Positions 21,361 through 33,397 of a stretch of DNA of 64,000 nucleotides are shown here, one piece after another (the stretch's first letter is position 1; every line of letters begins with the position of its first letter). The stretch lies in assembly GCF_056712565.1 (NCBI RefSeq), contig NZ_CM160072.1. One strand, given 5' to 3'. The position numbers and the translations under genes were made by a program. The notes beneath the pieces are model-generated. The model saw only the letters and a program-made list of their open reading frames with translations. It did not search any database and was not told where the DNA came from.

Positions 21361-22734
21361 ATGCCAAAAGTTCAGGCCGACGGCCTGCCATTGCCCCTGC
21401 GATACGGTGCGATATTAACCATTGTGATTGGTATTTCGATGGCTGTCCTTGACGGCGCAATCGCCAACGTCGCCTTGCCAACAATCGCTACGGACCTTCA
21501 TGCCACGCCGGCCAGTTCCATCTGGGTAGTGAACGCCTATCAAATCGCCATTGTCATCTCCCTGCTCTCGTTTTCGTTTCTGGGCGATATGTTTGGCTAT
21601 CGACGTATTTATAAATGCGGTCTGGTCGTTTTTCTGTTGTCTTCACTGTTCTGCGCCCTTTCTGATTCGCTGCAAATGCTCACCCTTGCGCGTGTCATAC
21701 AAGGTTTCGGCGGTGCAGCGTTGATGAGCGTTAATACCGCACTTATCCGCCTGATCTATCCACAACGTTTTCTGGGTAGAGGGATGGGCATAAACTCGTT
21801 TATTGTTGCCGTTTCTTCTGCTGCCGGGCCGACAATTGCTGCAGCAATCCTCTCCATCGCATCCTGGAAATGGTTATTTTTAATCAACGTACCGTTGGGA
21901 ATTATCGCCCTGCTTCTGGCAATGCGTTTTCTGCCACCCAATGGTTCTCGCGCCAGTAAACCCCGTTTCGACCTGCCCAGCGCCGTGATGAACGCGTTAA
22001 CCTTCGGCCTGCTTATCACTGCGTTGAGTGGTTTCGCTCAGGGGCAATCGCTGACATTGATTGGTGCGGAACTGGTGGTAATGGTTGTCGTTGGTATTTT
22101 CTTTATTCGCCGCCAGCTTTCTCTTCCCGTACCGCTGCTACCGGTGGATTTACTGCGTATCCCGCTGTTTTCACTTTCTATTTGCACATCTGTTTGCTCT
22201 TTCTGCGCACAAATGCTGGCAATGGTTTCCCTGCCCTTTTACCTGCAAACCGTGCTCGGGCGTAGTGAAGTCGAAACAGGTTTACTTCTGACACCGTGGC
22301 CGTTAGCAACGATGGTGATGGCTCCACTGGCAGGCTATTTGATTGAACGCGTACATGCAGGATTGCTGGGTGCTTTAGGGTTATTCATCATGGCTGCGGG
22401 GCTTTTTTCCCTGGTTCTGCTGCCAGCGTCACCTGCGGATATCAATATTATCTGGCCGATGATCTTATGTGGTGCTGGATTTGGCTTGTTCCAGTCACCC
22501 AATAACCACACCATTATTACCTCCGCTCCTCGCGAACGTAGCGGTGGAGCCAGTGGCATGTTAGGGACGGCTCGTCTTCTGGGTCAGAGTAGCGGCGCGG
22601 CTCTGGTAGCGCTGATGCTAAATCAGTTTGGTGATAATGGTACGCACGTCTCGCTGATAGCTGCGGCTATTCTGGCAGTGATTGCTGCCTGTGTCAGTGG
22701 TTTACGTATCACTCAGCCACGATCCAGGGCATAA
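21361..22734 (+). CDS. yebQ: MFS (DHA2-type) transporter YebQ
   Basis: ORF-track frame 21250..22734; recognised start MPKVQADGLPLPLRYGAILT (21361); 14-TM-like profile. Confidence 0.8.
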   Translation: MPKVQADGLPLPLRYGAILTIVIGISMAVLDGAIANVALPTIATDLHATPASSIWVVNAYQIAIVISLLSFSFLGDMFGYRRIYKCGLVVFLLSSLFCALSDSLQMLTLARVIQGFGGAALMSVNTALIRLIYPQRFLGRGMGINSFIVAVSSAAGPTIAAAILSIASWKWLFLINVPLGIIALLLAMRFLPPNGSRASKPRFDLPSAVMNALTFGLLITALSGFAQGQSLTLIGAELVVMVVVGIFFIRRQLSLPVPLLPVDLLRIPLFSLSICTSVCSFCAQMLAMVSLPFYLQTVLGRSEVETGLLLTPWPLATMVMAPLAGYLIERVHAGLLGALGLFIMAAGLFSLVLLPASPADINIIWPMILCGAGFGLFQSPNNHTIITSAPRERSGGASGMLGTARLLGQSSGAALVALMLNQFGDNGTHVSLIAAAILAVIAACVSGLRITQPRSRA

Positions 22735-22765
22735 AAAAAGCGCGTCGATCAGGACGCGCTTTTTA
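22733..22765. terminator. Bidirectional Rho-independent terminator between convergent yebQ and htpX
   Basis: AAAAAAAGCGCGTC-gatcag-GACGCGCTTTTT: A-tract and T-tract flank a GC stem. Confidence 0.7.
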
Positions 22766-22779
22766 GTATTTACTTCATA

Positions 22780-23661
22780 TTACTTCAGGTATTCACCCGT
22801 ACGCAGAGCTTCAATACGTTTATCCAGCGGCGGGTGAGTCATGAACAACTCACTGAGCGATTTCGACTTCCCGTTAATGCAGAAAGCCATCATGCTGGTT
22901 GCTTCTTGCGGTTCATAGCTGGTTTTCAGGCGCTGCAATGCAGCAATCATTTTCTCGCGACCAACCAGTTTTGCTGAACCCGCATCGGCGTGGAATTCAC
23001 GATGACGCGAGAACCACATGGTGATAATGCTCGCCAGAATACCAAACACCAGTTCCAGAACCGTTGCAACCGCAAAGTAGATCAGCGGGTTGCCGTTGCT
23101 CTCTTCACCTTCATCACGGTTTCCGCCCATAAAACCCGCGGCAAGCTGCGCCAGAATACGGGAAATAAAGATAACGAAGGTGTTCACCACGCCCTGAATC
23201 AGCGTCATGGTGACCATATCACCATTGGCGATGTGGCTGATTTCGTGAGCAATTACCGCCTCGGCTTCATCCGGGCTCATGTTCTGCAGCAAACCGGTGC
23301 TGACAGCAACCAGAGAGGCATCACGGCGCGCACCGGTTGCAAAAGCATTGATGTCCGGCGCATGGTAGATAGCCACTTGCGGCATAGCGATCCCCGCCTG
23401 ACGAGCCTGGGTTGCTACAGTATTGACCAGCCAACGTTCCCTTTCGTTACGCGGTTGCTCGATCACTTCCCCGCCAACAGATCGTAATGCCATCCATTTG
23501 GACATCAGAAGCGAAACGAAGGAACCACCAAAACCGAACAGCAAGGCCATGATCATCAGCCCCTGAACGCTGCTCGACTGTATCCCTGTCAGGCTCAGTA
23601 CCAGCCCGAAAACGACCATTACGGCCAGGTTCGTTAGCAGGAAGAGCGCGATTCGCATCAT
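22780..23661 (-). CDS. htpX: Membrane zinc metalloprotease HtpX
   Basis: 293-aa [22 protein letters not shown]...; HEISH zinc motif ([11 protein letters not shown]). Confidence 0.9.
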
Positions 23662-23814
23662 AATTTTCTTTTTACCTCAGTTTAACAAAACGCAATATGC
23701 GATACCCACATCGTATGGGTTACGCGACTATTTTCAAGTCTGGATAGTGCGTAAGTCATCAGAAAGACACAACTTTACATTTTGTAGCATCTGATTTACG
23801 GCATCTTGCCGCTG

Positions 23815-23847
23815 TTAAAAAATCAGGCACAATTTCTTGTGCCTGAT
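23815..23847 (-). terminator. Rho-independent terminator after prc
   Basis: AATCAGGCACAA-tttc-TTGTGCCTGATT hairpin with T-tract on minus strand. Confidence 0.6.
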
Positions 23848-23852
23848 TGATA

Positions 23853-25901
23853 TTACTTGACGGGAGCGGGTTGTTCCGCGGGTCTGGCTTTTTCAAGCTT
23901 CGCCAGATCGAGTGCGATATTCACCGTCTCATCCAGATAAGGATCTGGCTCCTGGTAATCTTTCGGTAGATCATCCAGTTTCTTCAACTCCGGTTTACCT
24001 TCGCGTTTAAAGCGTTCGTTCAAACGCGCCAGACGCGTCGCATCATCTTCATTATTCTCTTTCTCACGCACAGCGTAATTCAGAGAAACGATATTGCGCT
24101 TGTCCTTCATAGCGTTGAAGCGCGCGATATCCTTCATGATGTTCTGGAACTCAGGATCTTTCGCGATACGCGCATTATGTTCCTTCAGCAGCTCCGGTTC
24201 AAAGGCCGTTAAATCTCCTGATTTCACATAAGTCGCGGCATCAATGCTATCCCACGGCAGCGCGTTATCTTCGAATTTCTCACCCGTTTCCGTTTCTTCA
24301 TTACCCGTCGGCATGATGATGTCTGGCGTTACGCCTTTACGTTGCGTACTGCCGCCGTTAACGCGATAGAATTTCTGGATCGTGTACTGCACAGAACCCA
24401 GCGCTGGCCATTCAGGACGTAACATCTGATCGTAAATACGGTTCAATGAACGGTACTGCTGAACGGTGCCTTTACCAAATGTCGGTTCACCCACAACCAG
24501 GGCACGACCGTAATCCTGCATTGCCGCGGCAAAGATTTCTGAAGCCGAAGCACTGAAGCGGTCAACCAGCACCACCAGCGGGCCTTTATAGAAGACCTGT
24601 CCGTCGGTGTCGCTGTCTTCACGAACCTTGCCGTTGTTATCGCGGACCTGAACAATCGGGCCGGATGGAATGAACAGACCGGAGAGCGATACGGCTTCAG
24701 TCAACGCCCCACCACCATTGCTACGCAGGTCGATAATCACACTGCTGACATTCTGTTTTTCCAGTTTCTGCAGTTGCACTTTGACATCGTCTGTCAAACC
24801 CACATAGAAGCCCGGAATATCCAGCACGCCGACTTTCTCTTTACCGACGGTCTTCACCGACATTTTAACCGCGCGGTCTTCGAGACGAATACGTTCACGG
24901 GTCAACGTTACCGTACGGGTCTTGGTCCCTTTACCAGCAGGTAAAATTTCCAGACGAACTTTACTGCCCTTAGGCCCTTTAATTAAGGCCACCACATCAT
25001 CAAGACGCCAGCCAATCACGTCAACCATCGGCTTGCCTGTTTGACCAACACCGACAATTTTGTCACCAACGCTGATAGCTTTGCTCTTCGCTGCCGGACC
25101 TCCTGCCACCATCGAATTGATAACGGTGTAGTCATCATCCATTTGCAGCACTGCGCCAATACCTTCCAGCGACAAACTCATTTCAGTGTTGAACTGTTCG
25201 GTATTACGCGGGGAAAGATAGTTGGTATGCGGGTCGATTTCACGCGCAAACGCCGTCATTGCCAGCGAGAAAACATCTTCGCTGTTGGTTTGCGCCAGAC
25301 GACGAATGGCAAATTTGTAGCGGCGAGTCAGGGTTTCACGAATTTCCTTATCCGTTTTTCCTGTCAGCTTCAGGCTTAACTCGTCGAATTTGACTTTACT
25401 GTCCCACAGCGCGTTCAACTCAGCCTCGTTTTTCGGCCAGGGCGCTTTGCTGCGGTCAAGGTTATAAGTGTCGTTGCCGGTGAAATCCATCGGCTTTTCC
25501 AGTACCGACAAAGCGTACTGGTAACGTTCAAAACGGCGCTTTTGCGCCAGATTGTAGAGATCGTAGAAAACGTCGAGTTTACCTGAACGCAGTTCATCGC
25601 CTAACTCAGTTTTCTTTTTCGCGAACTGTTCAACATCGCTTTCCAGCAGCACATTGTGGCTGTAATCGAGCAGATTCAGGTAGCGGTCAAAGATTTTGGC
25701 CGAAAATGCCTGATCGAGGTCGAACTGGCGATAATGAGAACGGGTGAAGCGCGACGTTACGCGCTCACTCACCGTCGCATGCTGCGTCTCTTCCTTTAAT
25801 ACCGGAATTTGATCAGCACGCGTGATATCTTCTACAGCGAAGGTCTGGCCTGCTATTGCAAGCAGGCCAGCTAACGCGGTAAGCCTAAAAAACATGTTCA
25901 T
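23853..25901 (-). CDS. prc: Tail-specific periplasmic protease Prc (Tsp)
   Basis: ORF-track frame 23853..25949; recognised start MNMFFRLTALAGLLAIAGQTFA (25901); PDZ and S41 peptidase regions. Confidence 0.9.
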   Translation of the reverse strand: MNMFFRLTALAGLLAIAGQTFAVEDITRADQIPVLKEETQHATVSERVTSRFTRSHYRQFDLDQAFSAKIFDRYLNLLDYSHNVLLESDVEQFAKKKTELGDELRSGKLDVFYDLYNLAQKRRFERYQYALSVLEKPMDFTGNDTYNLDRSKAPWPKNEAELNALWDSKVKFDELSLKLTGKTDKEIRETLTRRYKFAIRRLAQTNSEDVFSLAMTAFAREIDPHTNYLSPRNTEQFNTEMSLSLEGIGAVLQMDDDYTVINSMVAGGPAAKSKAISVGDKIVGVGQTGKPMVDVIGWRLDDVVALIKGPKGSKVRLEILPAGKGTKTRTVTLTRERIRLEDRAVKMSVKTVGKEKVGVLDIPGFYVGLTDDVKVQLQKLEKQNVSSVIIDLRSNGGGALTEAVSLSGLFIPSGPIVQVRDNNGKVREDSDTDGQVFYKGPLVVLVDRFSASASEIFAAAMQDYGRALVVGEPTFGKGTVQQYRSLNRIYDQMLRPEWPALGSVQYTIQKFYRVNGGSTQRKGVTPDIIMPTGNEETETGEKFEDNALPWDSIDAATYVKSGDLTAFEPELLKEHNARIAKDPEFQNIMKDIARFNAMKDKRNIVSLNYAVREKENNEDDATRLARLNERFKREGKPELKKLDDLPKDYQEPDPYLDETVNIALDLAKLEKARPAEQPAPVK

Positions 25902-25920
25902 GCCTGGCCCGGCCTCCGTT

Positions 25921-26619
25921 TCAGAACACCAGGTGTTCTGCGCGCACAATCAAAGACATACCCGAATTCAGCTGGACGCGGACGCCGTCTTTGGTGATTT
26001 CTAATACGGTGGCATCCATCGCGTTTTGACCCGCTTTCACCTTCAGGGCTTGTCCGACAGTCAGAGCTGAAATGTCAGAAACCGGGGTGTGCTGTTCTTC
26101 GCGAGGTGCTTTTACTGTTTTTGGCGCTTTCTCTACCGGCTTTTGCGAACGAGGTTTACGTTCAGCGCCTTCTTTGCGGCGTGGCGTGGTCGGACGTGGC
26201 TTGCGTTCGCGGCGCGGTGCGTCTTCTTTCTCACCAGCAGCTGCGGCAGCTTCGCGTTTTTTCGCTTGCTGTTCAGCACGCTGTGCCTGAACACGCGCTT
26301 TCGCTTCTTCAAGCTGCTTGCGAGCATGCTCGACATGTTGCTCGTCCAGCTCACCGCATGGGTTGCCGTCAAGATCGACACGTGTTGCGCCGGGTTTAAC
26401 ACCGTAAAGATAACGCCAGCTCGAAGTGTAGAGACGTAAAGCGGATCGCAATTGCGTTTTGCTCAGGTTCATTTCCCCGGCAACACGATCGACCAAATCC
26501 TGAAAAATACCGATTTTCAGCGGACGCGCTTCACCTTCCGCACTGAAACAGTGGGGAAAACGTTCGGCCAGAAACGCGATTACTTCTTTACTGCTATTCA
26601 ACTTAGGTTGATTTTCCAT
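25921..26619 (-). CDS. proQ: RNA chaperone ProQ
   Basis: 232-aa [29 protein letters not shown]...; FinO-like N-domain, basic Ala/Pro/Arg/Lys-rich linker, Hfq-like C-domain. Confidence 0.9.
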
Positions 26620-26715
26620 GAAATTTCCTGATTACAACGGACGTAGCCAACAAGCGCAGGCATGAACAGGCGTCATTATAATGACGCTATCAGTAAATGC
26701 TACGTTATCCGTTGA

Positions 26716-27213
26716 TTATCCTGCGACGCTCGCAAAGAATTTTTTGTAATCCGTCGTTGCAAGCACTTTTTCAAGCTGTGCCACAAGCTGACGTAAGCCT
26801 TGCTCGTCCTCGTCTGTAAAGCGACCGAAGACGGTACTATCGATGTCGAGAACACCAATAATCTGATTTTTCACCACCAGTGGCAGAACAATTTCAGAAT
26901 TACTCGCCGCATCACAGGCAATATGCCCGTCAAACGCGTGAACATCCTCGATACGCTGCACTTGATTGCGGGCAACCGCAGTGCCGCATACGCCGCGCCC
27001 AACGGGTATCCGGACACAGGCAATTTTGCCCTGAAATGGTCCGAGCACCAGTGTATCGTCCTCAAGCAAATAAAAACCTGCCCAGTTTACGTCAGTGAGA
27101 CGCTCATATAACAACGCACTGGTGTTCGCAAGCGTTGCCAGAAAACTAGTTTCTCCCACCATCAGCGCGTTAAAGTCGCGATTTAAATCCGCGTAAAATT
27201 CTGCTTTGTTCAT
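26716..27213 (-). CDS. msrC: Free methionine-(R)-sulfoxide reductase (GAF domain) MsrC/YebR
   Basis: ORF-track frame 26716..27267; recognised start MNKAEFYADLNRDFNALM (27213). Confidence 0.8.
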   Translation of the reverse strand: MNKAEFYADLNRDFNALMVGETSFLATLANTSALLYERLTDVNWAGFYLLEDDTLVLGPFQGKIACVRIPVGRGVCGTAVARNQVQRIEDVHAFDGHIACDAASNSEIVLPLVVKNQIIGVLDIDSTVFGRFTDEDEQGLRQLVAQLEKVLATTDYKKFFASVAG

Positions 27214-27342
27214 TATATAATCACTTGGTTGTCTTACCTGGAACTGCCAGCCTATTAAAATAAGCATTAAATGCGTTAATGCTCAAGATCATTCCCATCA
27301 TGGGTTAAGATTAATGTTAATTCTTATTACATTTGGCACGTC

Positions 27343-28626
27343 ATGGCTCTTAACACACCACAAATTACGCCGACAAAGAAGATAACAGTGAGGGCTATCG
27401 GCGAGGAACTGCCGCGTGGTGATTACCAACGTTGCCCGCAATGTGACATGCTGTTTAGCCTGCCCGAGATAAATTCTCATCAAAGTGCCTATTGTCCGCG
27501 CTGTCAGGCAAAAATTCGTGACGGGCGCGACTGGTCGCTAACGCGCCTGGCGGCAATGGCCTTCACCATGCTGTTGCTTATGCCGTTTGCCTGGGGCGAA
27601 CCGCTGTTGCATATCTGGCTGTTAGGCATTCGTATTGACGCCAACGTTATGCAAGGCATCTGGCAAATGACCAAACAGGGCGATGCGATAACGGGGGCGA
27701 TGGTCTTTTTCTGCGTTATCGGTGCCCCCCTCATTCTGGTGACCTCCATAGCTTATTTATGGTTTGGTAACCAATTGGGAATGAATTTACGCCCGGTACT
27801 GCTGATGCTTGAGCGGCTGAAAGAGTGGGTGATGCTGGATATCTACCTGGTCGGCATTGGCGTTGCTTCTATAAAGGTACAGGATTATGCCCATATCCAG
27901 GCGGGTGTCGGCTTGTTCTCTTTTGTGGCGTTGGTGATTTTAACGACGGTGACGTTGTCACATCTTAATGTTGAAGAACTGTGGGAGCGATTTTATCCAC
28001 AGCGCCCCGCTACCCGTAGGGACGAGAAACTCCGTGTCTGTCTTGGGTGCCATTTTACCGGCTATCCTGATCAGCGTGGTCGCTGCCCGCGTTGCCATAT
28101 CCCGCTACGCCTGCGTCGCCGTCATAGTCTGCAAAAATGCTGGGCGGCGCTGTTAGCGTCAATCGTTTTGTTGTTACCTGCCAACCTGTTGCCTATCTCT
28201 ATCATTTATCTGAATGGTGGTCGGCAGGAAGATACGATTCTTTCCGGAATTATGTCGCTGGCAAGTAGCAACATTGCAGTTGCGGGAATCGTGTTTATCG
28301 CCAGTATTCTGGTACCGTTTACTAAAGTGATTGTTATGTTCACTTTACTGTTGAGTATTCATTTTAAATGCCAGCAAGGTTTACGCACACGCATTCTGTT
28401 ACTGCGGATGGTGACCTGGATTGGTCGCTGGTCGATGCTCGACCTGTTTGTCATATCTTTAACCATGTCGCTGATTAATCGCGATCAAATCCTCGCTTTT
28501 ACTATGGGGCCGGCTGCGTTTTATTTCGGCGCAGCGGTAATTTTGACTATTCTTGCTGTGGAATGGCTGGACAGCCGCTTACTTTGGGATGCACATGAGT
28601 CAGGAAACGCCCGCTTCGACGACTGA
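27343..28626 (+). CDS. yebS: PqiA-family polytopic inner-membrane protein YebS (LetA)
   Basis: 427-aa ORF with two CxxC...CxxC zinc-ribbon-like cysteine quartets, each followed by a membrane module. Confidence 0.85.
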   Translation: MALNTPQITPTKKITVRAIGEELPRGDYQRCPQCDMLFSLPEINSHQSAYCPRCQAKIRDGRDWSLTRLAAMAFTMLLLMPFAWGEPLLHIWLLGIRIDANVMQGIWQMTKQGDAITGAMVFFCVIGAPLILVTSIAYLWFGNQLGMNLRPVLLMLERLKEWVMLDIYLVGIGVASIKVQDYAHIQAGVGLFSFVALVILTTVTLSHLNVEELWERFYPQRPATRRDEKLRVCLGCHFTGYPDQRGRCPRCHIPLRLRRRHSLQKCWAALLASIVLLLPANLLPISIIYLNGGRQEDTILSGIMSLASSNIAVAGIVFIASILVPFTKVIVMFTLLLSIHFKCQQGLRTRILLLRMVTWIGRWSMLDLFVISLTMSLINRDQILAFTMGPAAFYFGAAVILTILAVEWLDSRLLWDAHESGNARFDD

Positions 28627-31228
28627 AGCGCAGATTAAAAATAAACGCCGTATCTCACCTTTCTGGCTGCTGCCGTTCATCGCGCTAATGATTGCTGGTT
28701 GGCTGATTTGGGACAGTTATCAGGACCGGGGTAATACCGTCACCATCGACTTTATGTCGGCGGATGGTATTGTTCCAGGCCGTACGCCTGTTCGTTATCA
28801 GGGCGTTGAAGTTGGAACAGTGCAGGATATCAGCCTCAGCGACGATCTTCGTAAGATTGAAGTCAAGGTCAGCATCAAGTCCGATATGAAAGATGCGCTG
28901 CGCGAAGAGACACAGTTCTGGCTGGTGACGCCAAAGGCCTCGTTGGCAGGTGTCTCCGGGCTGGACGCCCTCGTCGGTGGTAATTATATCGGCATGATGC
29001 CGGGTAAAGGTAAAGAGCAGGATCACTTTGTCGCACTCGACACCCAACCGAAATATCGGCTGGACAATGGCGATCTGATGATCCACCTGCAAGCCCCCGA
29101 TCTCGGTTCACTGAGCAGTGGTTCATTGGTCTATTTCCGCAAGATCCCGGTGGGTAAAGTCTACGACTATGCCATCAATCCCAACAAGCAAGGCGTGGTG
29201 ATTGATGTCCTGATCGAGCGGCGTTTTACCGATCTGGTGAAAAAAGGTAGCCGTTTCTGGAACGTTTCCGGCGTTGATGCCAACGTCAGTATCAGTGGCG
29301 CGAAGGTGAAACTGGAAAGTCTGGCGGCACTGGTTAACGGTGCGATTGCCTTCGATTCACCTGAAGAGTCGAAACCTGCCGAAGCGGAAGATACCTTTGG
29401 TCTGTATGAAGACCTGGCCCATAGCCAACGTGGCGTAATAATAAAACTGGAACTGCCAGGCGGTGCCGGATTAACCGCCGACTCGACGCCGTTAATGTAT
29501 CAGGGGCTGGAAGTCGGACAGCTGACTAAACTGGATTTAAATCCTGGTGGTAAAGTCACTGGGGAAATGACCGTTGATCCCAGCGTCGTCACCCTGCTTC
29601 GTAAAAATACCCGCATCGAATTACGTAATCCGAAATTATCCCTTAGCGATGCTAATCTCAGTGCCCTGCTGACCGGCAAAACCTTCGAACTGGTGCCCGG
29701 CGATGGCGAGCCACGTAAAGAGTTCGTGGTTGTGCCAGGCGAAAAAGCCCTGCTGCAAGAGCCGGATGTTCTGACACTGACCCTGACAGCACCAGAAAGT
29801 TACGGTATTGATGCTGGTCAGCCGCTCATTCTTCACGGCGTGCAGGTAGGCCAGGTTATCGATCGTAAACTCACCAGCAAAGGCGTCACCTTTACCGTCG
29901 CCATCGAGCCTCAGCATCGCGAACTGGTAAAAGGCGATAGCAAATTTGTCGTCAACAGCCGCGTCGACGTGAAGGTAGGGATGGATGGCGTTGAGTTTCT
30001 CGGTGCCAGCGCCTCAGAATGGATCAATGGCGGAATACGTATTCTGCCGGGCGATAAAGGCGAGATGAAAGCCAGCTATCCACTGTATGCCAATCTGGAA
30101 AAAGCGCTGGAGAACAGCCTTAGCGATTTACCCACCACAACCGTGAGTTTGAGTGCAGAGACGCTGCCGGATGTGCAGGCAGGATCGGTAGTGCTGTACC
30201 GTAAATTTGAAGTTGGTGAAGTTATTACTGTGCGTCCGCGAGCTAACGCGTTTGATATCGATCTGCATATTAAGCCGGAGTATCGCAACCTTCTGACCAG
30301 CAACAGCGTGTTCTGGGCAGAAGGTGGGGCGAAAGTTCAGCTGAATGGTAGTGGTCTGACTGTACAGGCATCCCCGCTCTCCAGAGCATTAAAGGGGGCT
30401 ATTAGCTTCGATAACCTCAGCGGTGCCAGCGCCAGTCAGCGTAAAGGCGACAAGCGTATTCTGTATGCTTCCGAAACAGCGGCCCGTGCGGTTGGCGGAC
30501 AAATTACGCTTCACGCTTTCGATGCGGGAAAACTGGCGGTCGGGATGCCAATTCGCTATCTCGGTATTGATATCGGGCAAATCCAGACGCTGGATCTGAT
30601 TACCGCACGCAATGAAGTACAGGCAAAGGCGGTGCTCTATCCGGAATATGTCCAGACCTTTGCTCGCGGTGGTACGCGCTTCTCAGTGGTCACACCGCAA
30701 ATTTCGGCAGCTGGCGTTGAGCATCTTGATACTATCCTCCAGCCGTATATCAACGTCGAACCAGGCCGGGGCAATCCTCGCCGCGACTTTGAATTACAAG
30801 AGGCCACCATTACTGATTCGCGTTACCTGGATGGCTTAAGCATTATTGTTGAAGCGCCGGAAGCCGGTTCGTTAGGTATCGGTACACCTGTGCTGTTCCG
30901 TGGTCTGGAAGTAGGTACGGTTACCGGAATGACGCTGGGGACATTGTCAGATCGCGTGATGATTGCGATGCGCATCAGTAAACGCTATCAACACCTGGTG
31001 CGTAACAATTCCGTCTTCTGGTTGGCATCGGGTTACAGTCTGGACTTTGGTCTGACGGGCGGCGTAGTGAAAACCGGCACCTTTAACCAGTTTATCCGTG
31101 GCGGCATCGCCTTCGCCACGCCTCCGGGTACGCCACTGGCACCGAAAGCCCAGGAAGGCAAGCACTTCCTGTTGCAGGAAAGTGAACCGAAAGAGTGGCG
31201 TGAATGGGGAACTGCGCTTCCCAAATAA
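28595..31228 (+). CDS. yebT: Multi-MCE-domain periplasm-spanning lipid transport protein YebT (LetB)
   Basis: ORF-track frame 28553..31228; recognised start [28 protein letters not shown] (28595); repeated MCE-like modules. Confidence 0.85.
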   Translation: MSQETPASTTEAQIKNKRRISPFWLLPFIALMIAGWLIWDSYQDRGNTVTIDFMSADGIVPGRTPVRYQGVEVGTVQDISLSDDLRKIEVKVSIKSDMKDALREETQFWLVTPKASLAGVSGLDALVGGNYIGMMPGKGKEQDHFVALDTQPKYRLDNGDLMIHLQAPDLGSLSSGSLVYFRKIPVGKVYDYAINPNKQGVVIDVLIERRFTDLVKKGSRFWNVSGVDANVSISGAKVKLESLAALVNGAIAFDSPEESKPAEAEDTFGLYEDLAHSQRGVIIKLELPGGAGLTADSTPLMYQGLEVGQLTKLDLNPGGKVTGEMTVDPSVVTLLRKNTRIELRNPKLSLSDANLSALLTGKTFELVPGDGEPRKEFVVVPGEKALLQEPDVLTLTLTAPESYGIDAGQPLILHGVQVGQVIDRKLTSKGVTFTVAIEPQHRELVKGDSKFVVNSRVDVKVGMDGVEFLGASASEWINGGIRILPGDKGEMKASYPLYANLEKALENSLSDLPTTTVSLSAETLPDVQAGSVVLYRKFEVGEVITVRPRANAFDIDLHIKPEYRNLLTSNSVFWAEGGAKVQLNGSGLTVQASPLSRALKGAISFDNLSGASASQRKGDKRILYASETAARAVGGQITLHAFDAGKLAVGMPIRYLGIDIGQIQTLDLITARNEVQAKAVLYPEYVQTFARGGTRFSVVTPQISAAGVEHLDTILQPYINVEPGRGNPRRDFELQEATITDSRYLDGLSIIVEAPEAGSLGIGTPVLFRGLEVGTVTGMTLGTLSDRVMIAMRISKRYQHLVRNNSVFWLASGYSLDFGLTGGVVKTGTFNQFIRGGIAFATPPGTPLAPKAQEGKHFLLQESEPKEWREWGTALPK

Positions 31229-31307
31229 TGCCCACTGCTCCGGCGTGCCTGCGCCGGAGCGTTTATGCTAAACTGCGCGCCTGTTTTTTTGCCAGTGGTA
31301 TATGCTC

Positions 31308-32747
31308 GTGGCCCAACACACCGTTTATTTCCCGGACGCCTTTCTGACACAAATGCGCGAAGCGATGCCTTCGACGCTCTCTTTTGATGATTTTCTTGCC
31401 GCCTGTCAGCGCCCGTTGCGCCGCAGCATTCGCGTTAATACGCTGAAAACCTCCGTTGCTGATTTCCTGCAATTAACTGCTCCTTATGGCTGGACGCTTA
31501 CGCCAATTCCGTGGTGTGAAGAAGGTTTCTGGATTGAACGCGACAGTGAAGATGCATTGCCGTTGGGTAGTACCGCCGAGCATTTAAGCGGCCTGTTTTA
31601 TATTCAGGAAGCCAGTTCAATGTTGCCTGTTGCCGCCTTGTTTGCTGACGGTAATGCACCACAGCGGGTGATGGATGTCGCTGCTGCACCAGGTTCCAAA
31701 ACGACGCAAATTGCTGCGCGGATGAATAACAAAGGGGCAATCCTTGCCAATGAGTTTTCCGCCAGTCGGGTAAAAGTGTTACATGCCAATATCAGCCGCT
31801 GTGGCATCAGTAATGTTGCGCTCACGCATTTTGATGGCCGCGTGTTTGGTGCGGCAGTGCCAGAAATGTTCGATGCCATTTTGCTGGACGCTCCCTGCTC
31901 CGGCGAAGGCGTGGTGCGTAAAGATCCCGATGCGCTAAAAAACTGGTCACCAGAAAGCAATCAGGAAATCGCAGCGACCCAACGGGAGCTGATCGACAGC
32001 GCCTTTCATGCATTACGTCTTGGCGGTACGCTGGTTTACTCGACCTGTACCTTAAACCGGGAAGAAAACGAAGCCGTTTGCCTGTGGCTGAAAGAGACTT
32101 ACCACGACGCAGTAGAGTTTTTACCGCTTGGCGATCTCTTCCCTGGTGCAAATAAGGCGCTGACCGAAGACGGCTTTTTGCATGTTTTCCCACAAATTTA
32201 CGACTGCGAAGGCTTCTTCGTTGCTCGTCTGCGTAAAACTCAGGCGATCCCCGTCTTACCCGCCCCAAAATACAAAGTGGGCAATTTCCCGTTTAGCCCG
32301 GTGAAAGATCGCGAAGCCGGTCAAATTCGTCAGGCGGCTGCAAGTGTTGGCTTAAACTGGGATGAAAACCTGCGACTCTGGCAGCGTGACAAAGAACTGT
32401 GGTTGTTCCCGGTAGGCATTGAAGCCCTGATCGGTAAAGTCCGATTTTCTCGCTTGGGGATTAAACTTGCCGAAACGCACAACAAAGGTTATCGCTGGCA
32501 GCATGAAGCCGTTATTGCCCTTGCCTCCCCCGACAATGTGAACGCTTTTGAACTGACACCGCAGGAAGCGGAAGAGTGGTATCGCGGGCGCGATGTTTAC
32601 CCGCAAGCCGCGCCAGTGGCGGATGATGTATTGGTTACTTTCCAGCATCAGCCGATTGGTTTAGCCAAACGGATTGGTTCACGACTGAAAAACAGCTACC
32701 CGCGTGAACTGGTGCGCGACGGGAAACTTTTTACCGGTAACGCCTGA
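31308..32747 (+). CDS. rsmF: 16S rRNA m5C1407 methyltransferase RsmF (YebU)
   Basis: ORF-track frame 31302..32747, probable GTG start at 31308 ((M)[21 protein letters not shown]); SAM-MTase motifs [10 protein letters not shown] and DAPCSGEG. Confidence 0.85.
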   Translation: MAQHTVYFPDAFLTQMREAMPSTLSFDDFLAACQRPLRRSIRVNTLKTSVADFLQLTAPYGWTLTPIPWCEEGFWIERDSEDALPLGSTAEHLSGLFYIQEASSMLPVAALFADGNAPQRVMDVAAAPGSKTTQIAARMNNKGAILANEFSASRVKVLHANISRCGISNVALTHFDGRVFGAAVPEMFDAILLDAPCSGEGVVRKDPDALKNWSPESNQEIAATQRELIDSAFHALRLGGTLVYSTCTLNREENEAVCLWLKETYHDAVEFLPLGDLFPGANKALTEDGFLHVFPQIYDCEGFFVARLRKTQAIPVLPAPKYKVGNFPFSPVKDREAGQIRQAAASVGLNWDENLRLWQRDKELWLFPVGIEALIGKVRFSRLGIKLAETHNKGYRWQHEAVIALASPDNVNAFELTPQEAEEWYRGRDVYPQAAPVADDVLVTFQHQPIGLAKRIGSRLKNSYPRELVRDGKLFTGNA

Positions 32748-32864
32748 CAGCGCACAAAAAAAGCGCACTTTTTGACTGGCACATTCGACTGCCTCAACTA
32801 GGCTGAAAAATGGTGCGATCGGACTGGTCGTACCACAATCGGCAGCTAAATGGAGAGCACGAAG

Positions 32865-33101
32865 ATGAAAACCAGTGTGCGCATAGGCGCTTTTGAAATC
32901 GACGACGGCGAATTACACGGCGAATCGCCGGGTGATCGAACGTTAACCATTCCTTGTAAATCAGACCCCGATTTATGTATGCAACTGGATGCCTGGGATG
33001 CTGAAACCAGTATCCCTGCCCTGCTAAATGGCGAACACTCTGTCCTTTACCGTACCCGTTACGATCAACAATCTGATGCCTGGATTATGCGTCTTGCCTG
33101 A
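32865..33101 (+). CDS. yebV: Small uncharacterised protein YebV
   Basis: ORF-track frame 32850..33101; recognised start MKTSVRIGAFEIDDGELHG (32865). Confidence 0.7.
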   Translation: MKTSVRIGAFEIDDGELHGESPGDRTLTIPCKSDPDLCMQLDAWDAETSIPALLNGEHSVLYRTRYDQQSDAWIMRLA

Positions 33102-33205
33102 TCCAAAAAGAACCCGTCGGCATGGCGGGTTATTTGTCCGGGTTATTCCCCCGTTGTAAAATCTCTCCTAAACTTAACGGTACGGCACCACACTTCGGGG
33201 ATGAA

Positions 33206-33397
33206 ATGTTCGCGCTGGTACTTTTTGTTTGCTACCTGGATGGCGGTTGTGAAGATATTGTTGTGGATGTCTACAACACGGAACAGCAGTGTCTTTATTC
33301 TATGAGCGATCAACGGATCCGCCATGGCGGTTGTTTTCCGATTGAGGATTTTATAGATGGTTTCTGGCGACCTGCACAGGAGTACGGTGATTTTTAA
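33206..33397 (+). CDS. yebW: Small uncharacterised protein YebW (start uncertain; ORF frame opens at 33122)
   Basis: In-frame MFALVLFVCYLDGGCEDIVVDVYNTEQQCLYSMSDQRIRHGGCFPIEDFIDGFWRPAQEYGDF. Confidence 0.6.
   Translation: MFALVLFVCYLDGGCEDIVVDVYNTEQQCLYSMSDQRIRHGGCFPIEDFIDGFWRPAQEYGDF

Noticed and set aside
26072-26439. Arg/Ala/Phe-rich plus-strand ORFs and apparent low-complexity repeat
   Set aside because: Antisense to the basic Ala/Pro-rich linker of proQ; the repetitiveness is the natural ProQ linker, not a tandem DNA repeat or CRISPR-like array.
28553-28594. N-terminal extensions in ORF-track frames (e.g. yebT from 28553; likewise yoaB 4403, pdeD 9481, mntP 16718, yebQ 21250, prc 25949, msrC 27267, holE 36105, edd 45753, pykA 48591, znuA 53792, yecN 63136)
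   Set aside because: The track opens at the first in-frame ATG after a stop; the recognised protein N-termini start at internal start codons, so the extensions were trimmed rather than reported as longer proteins.
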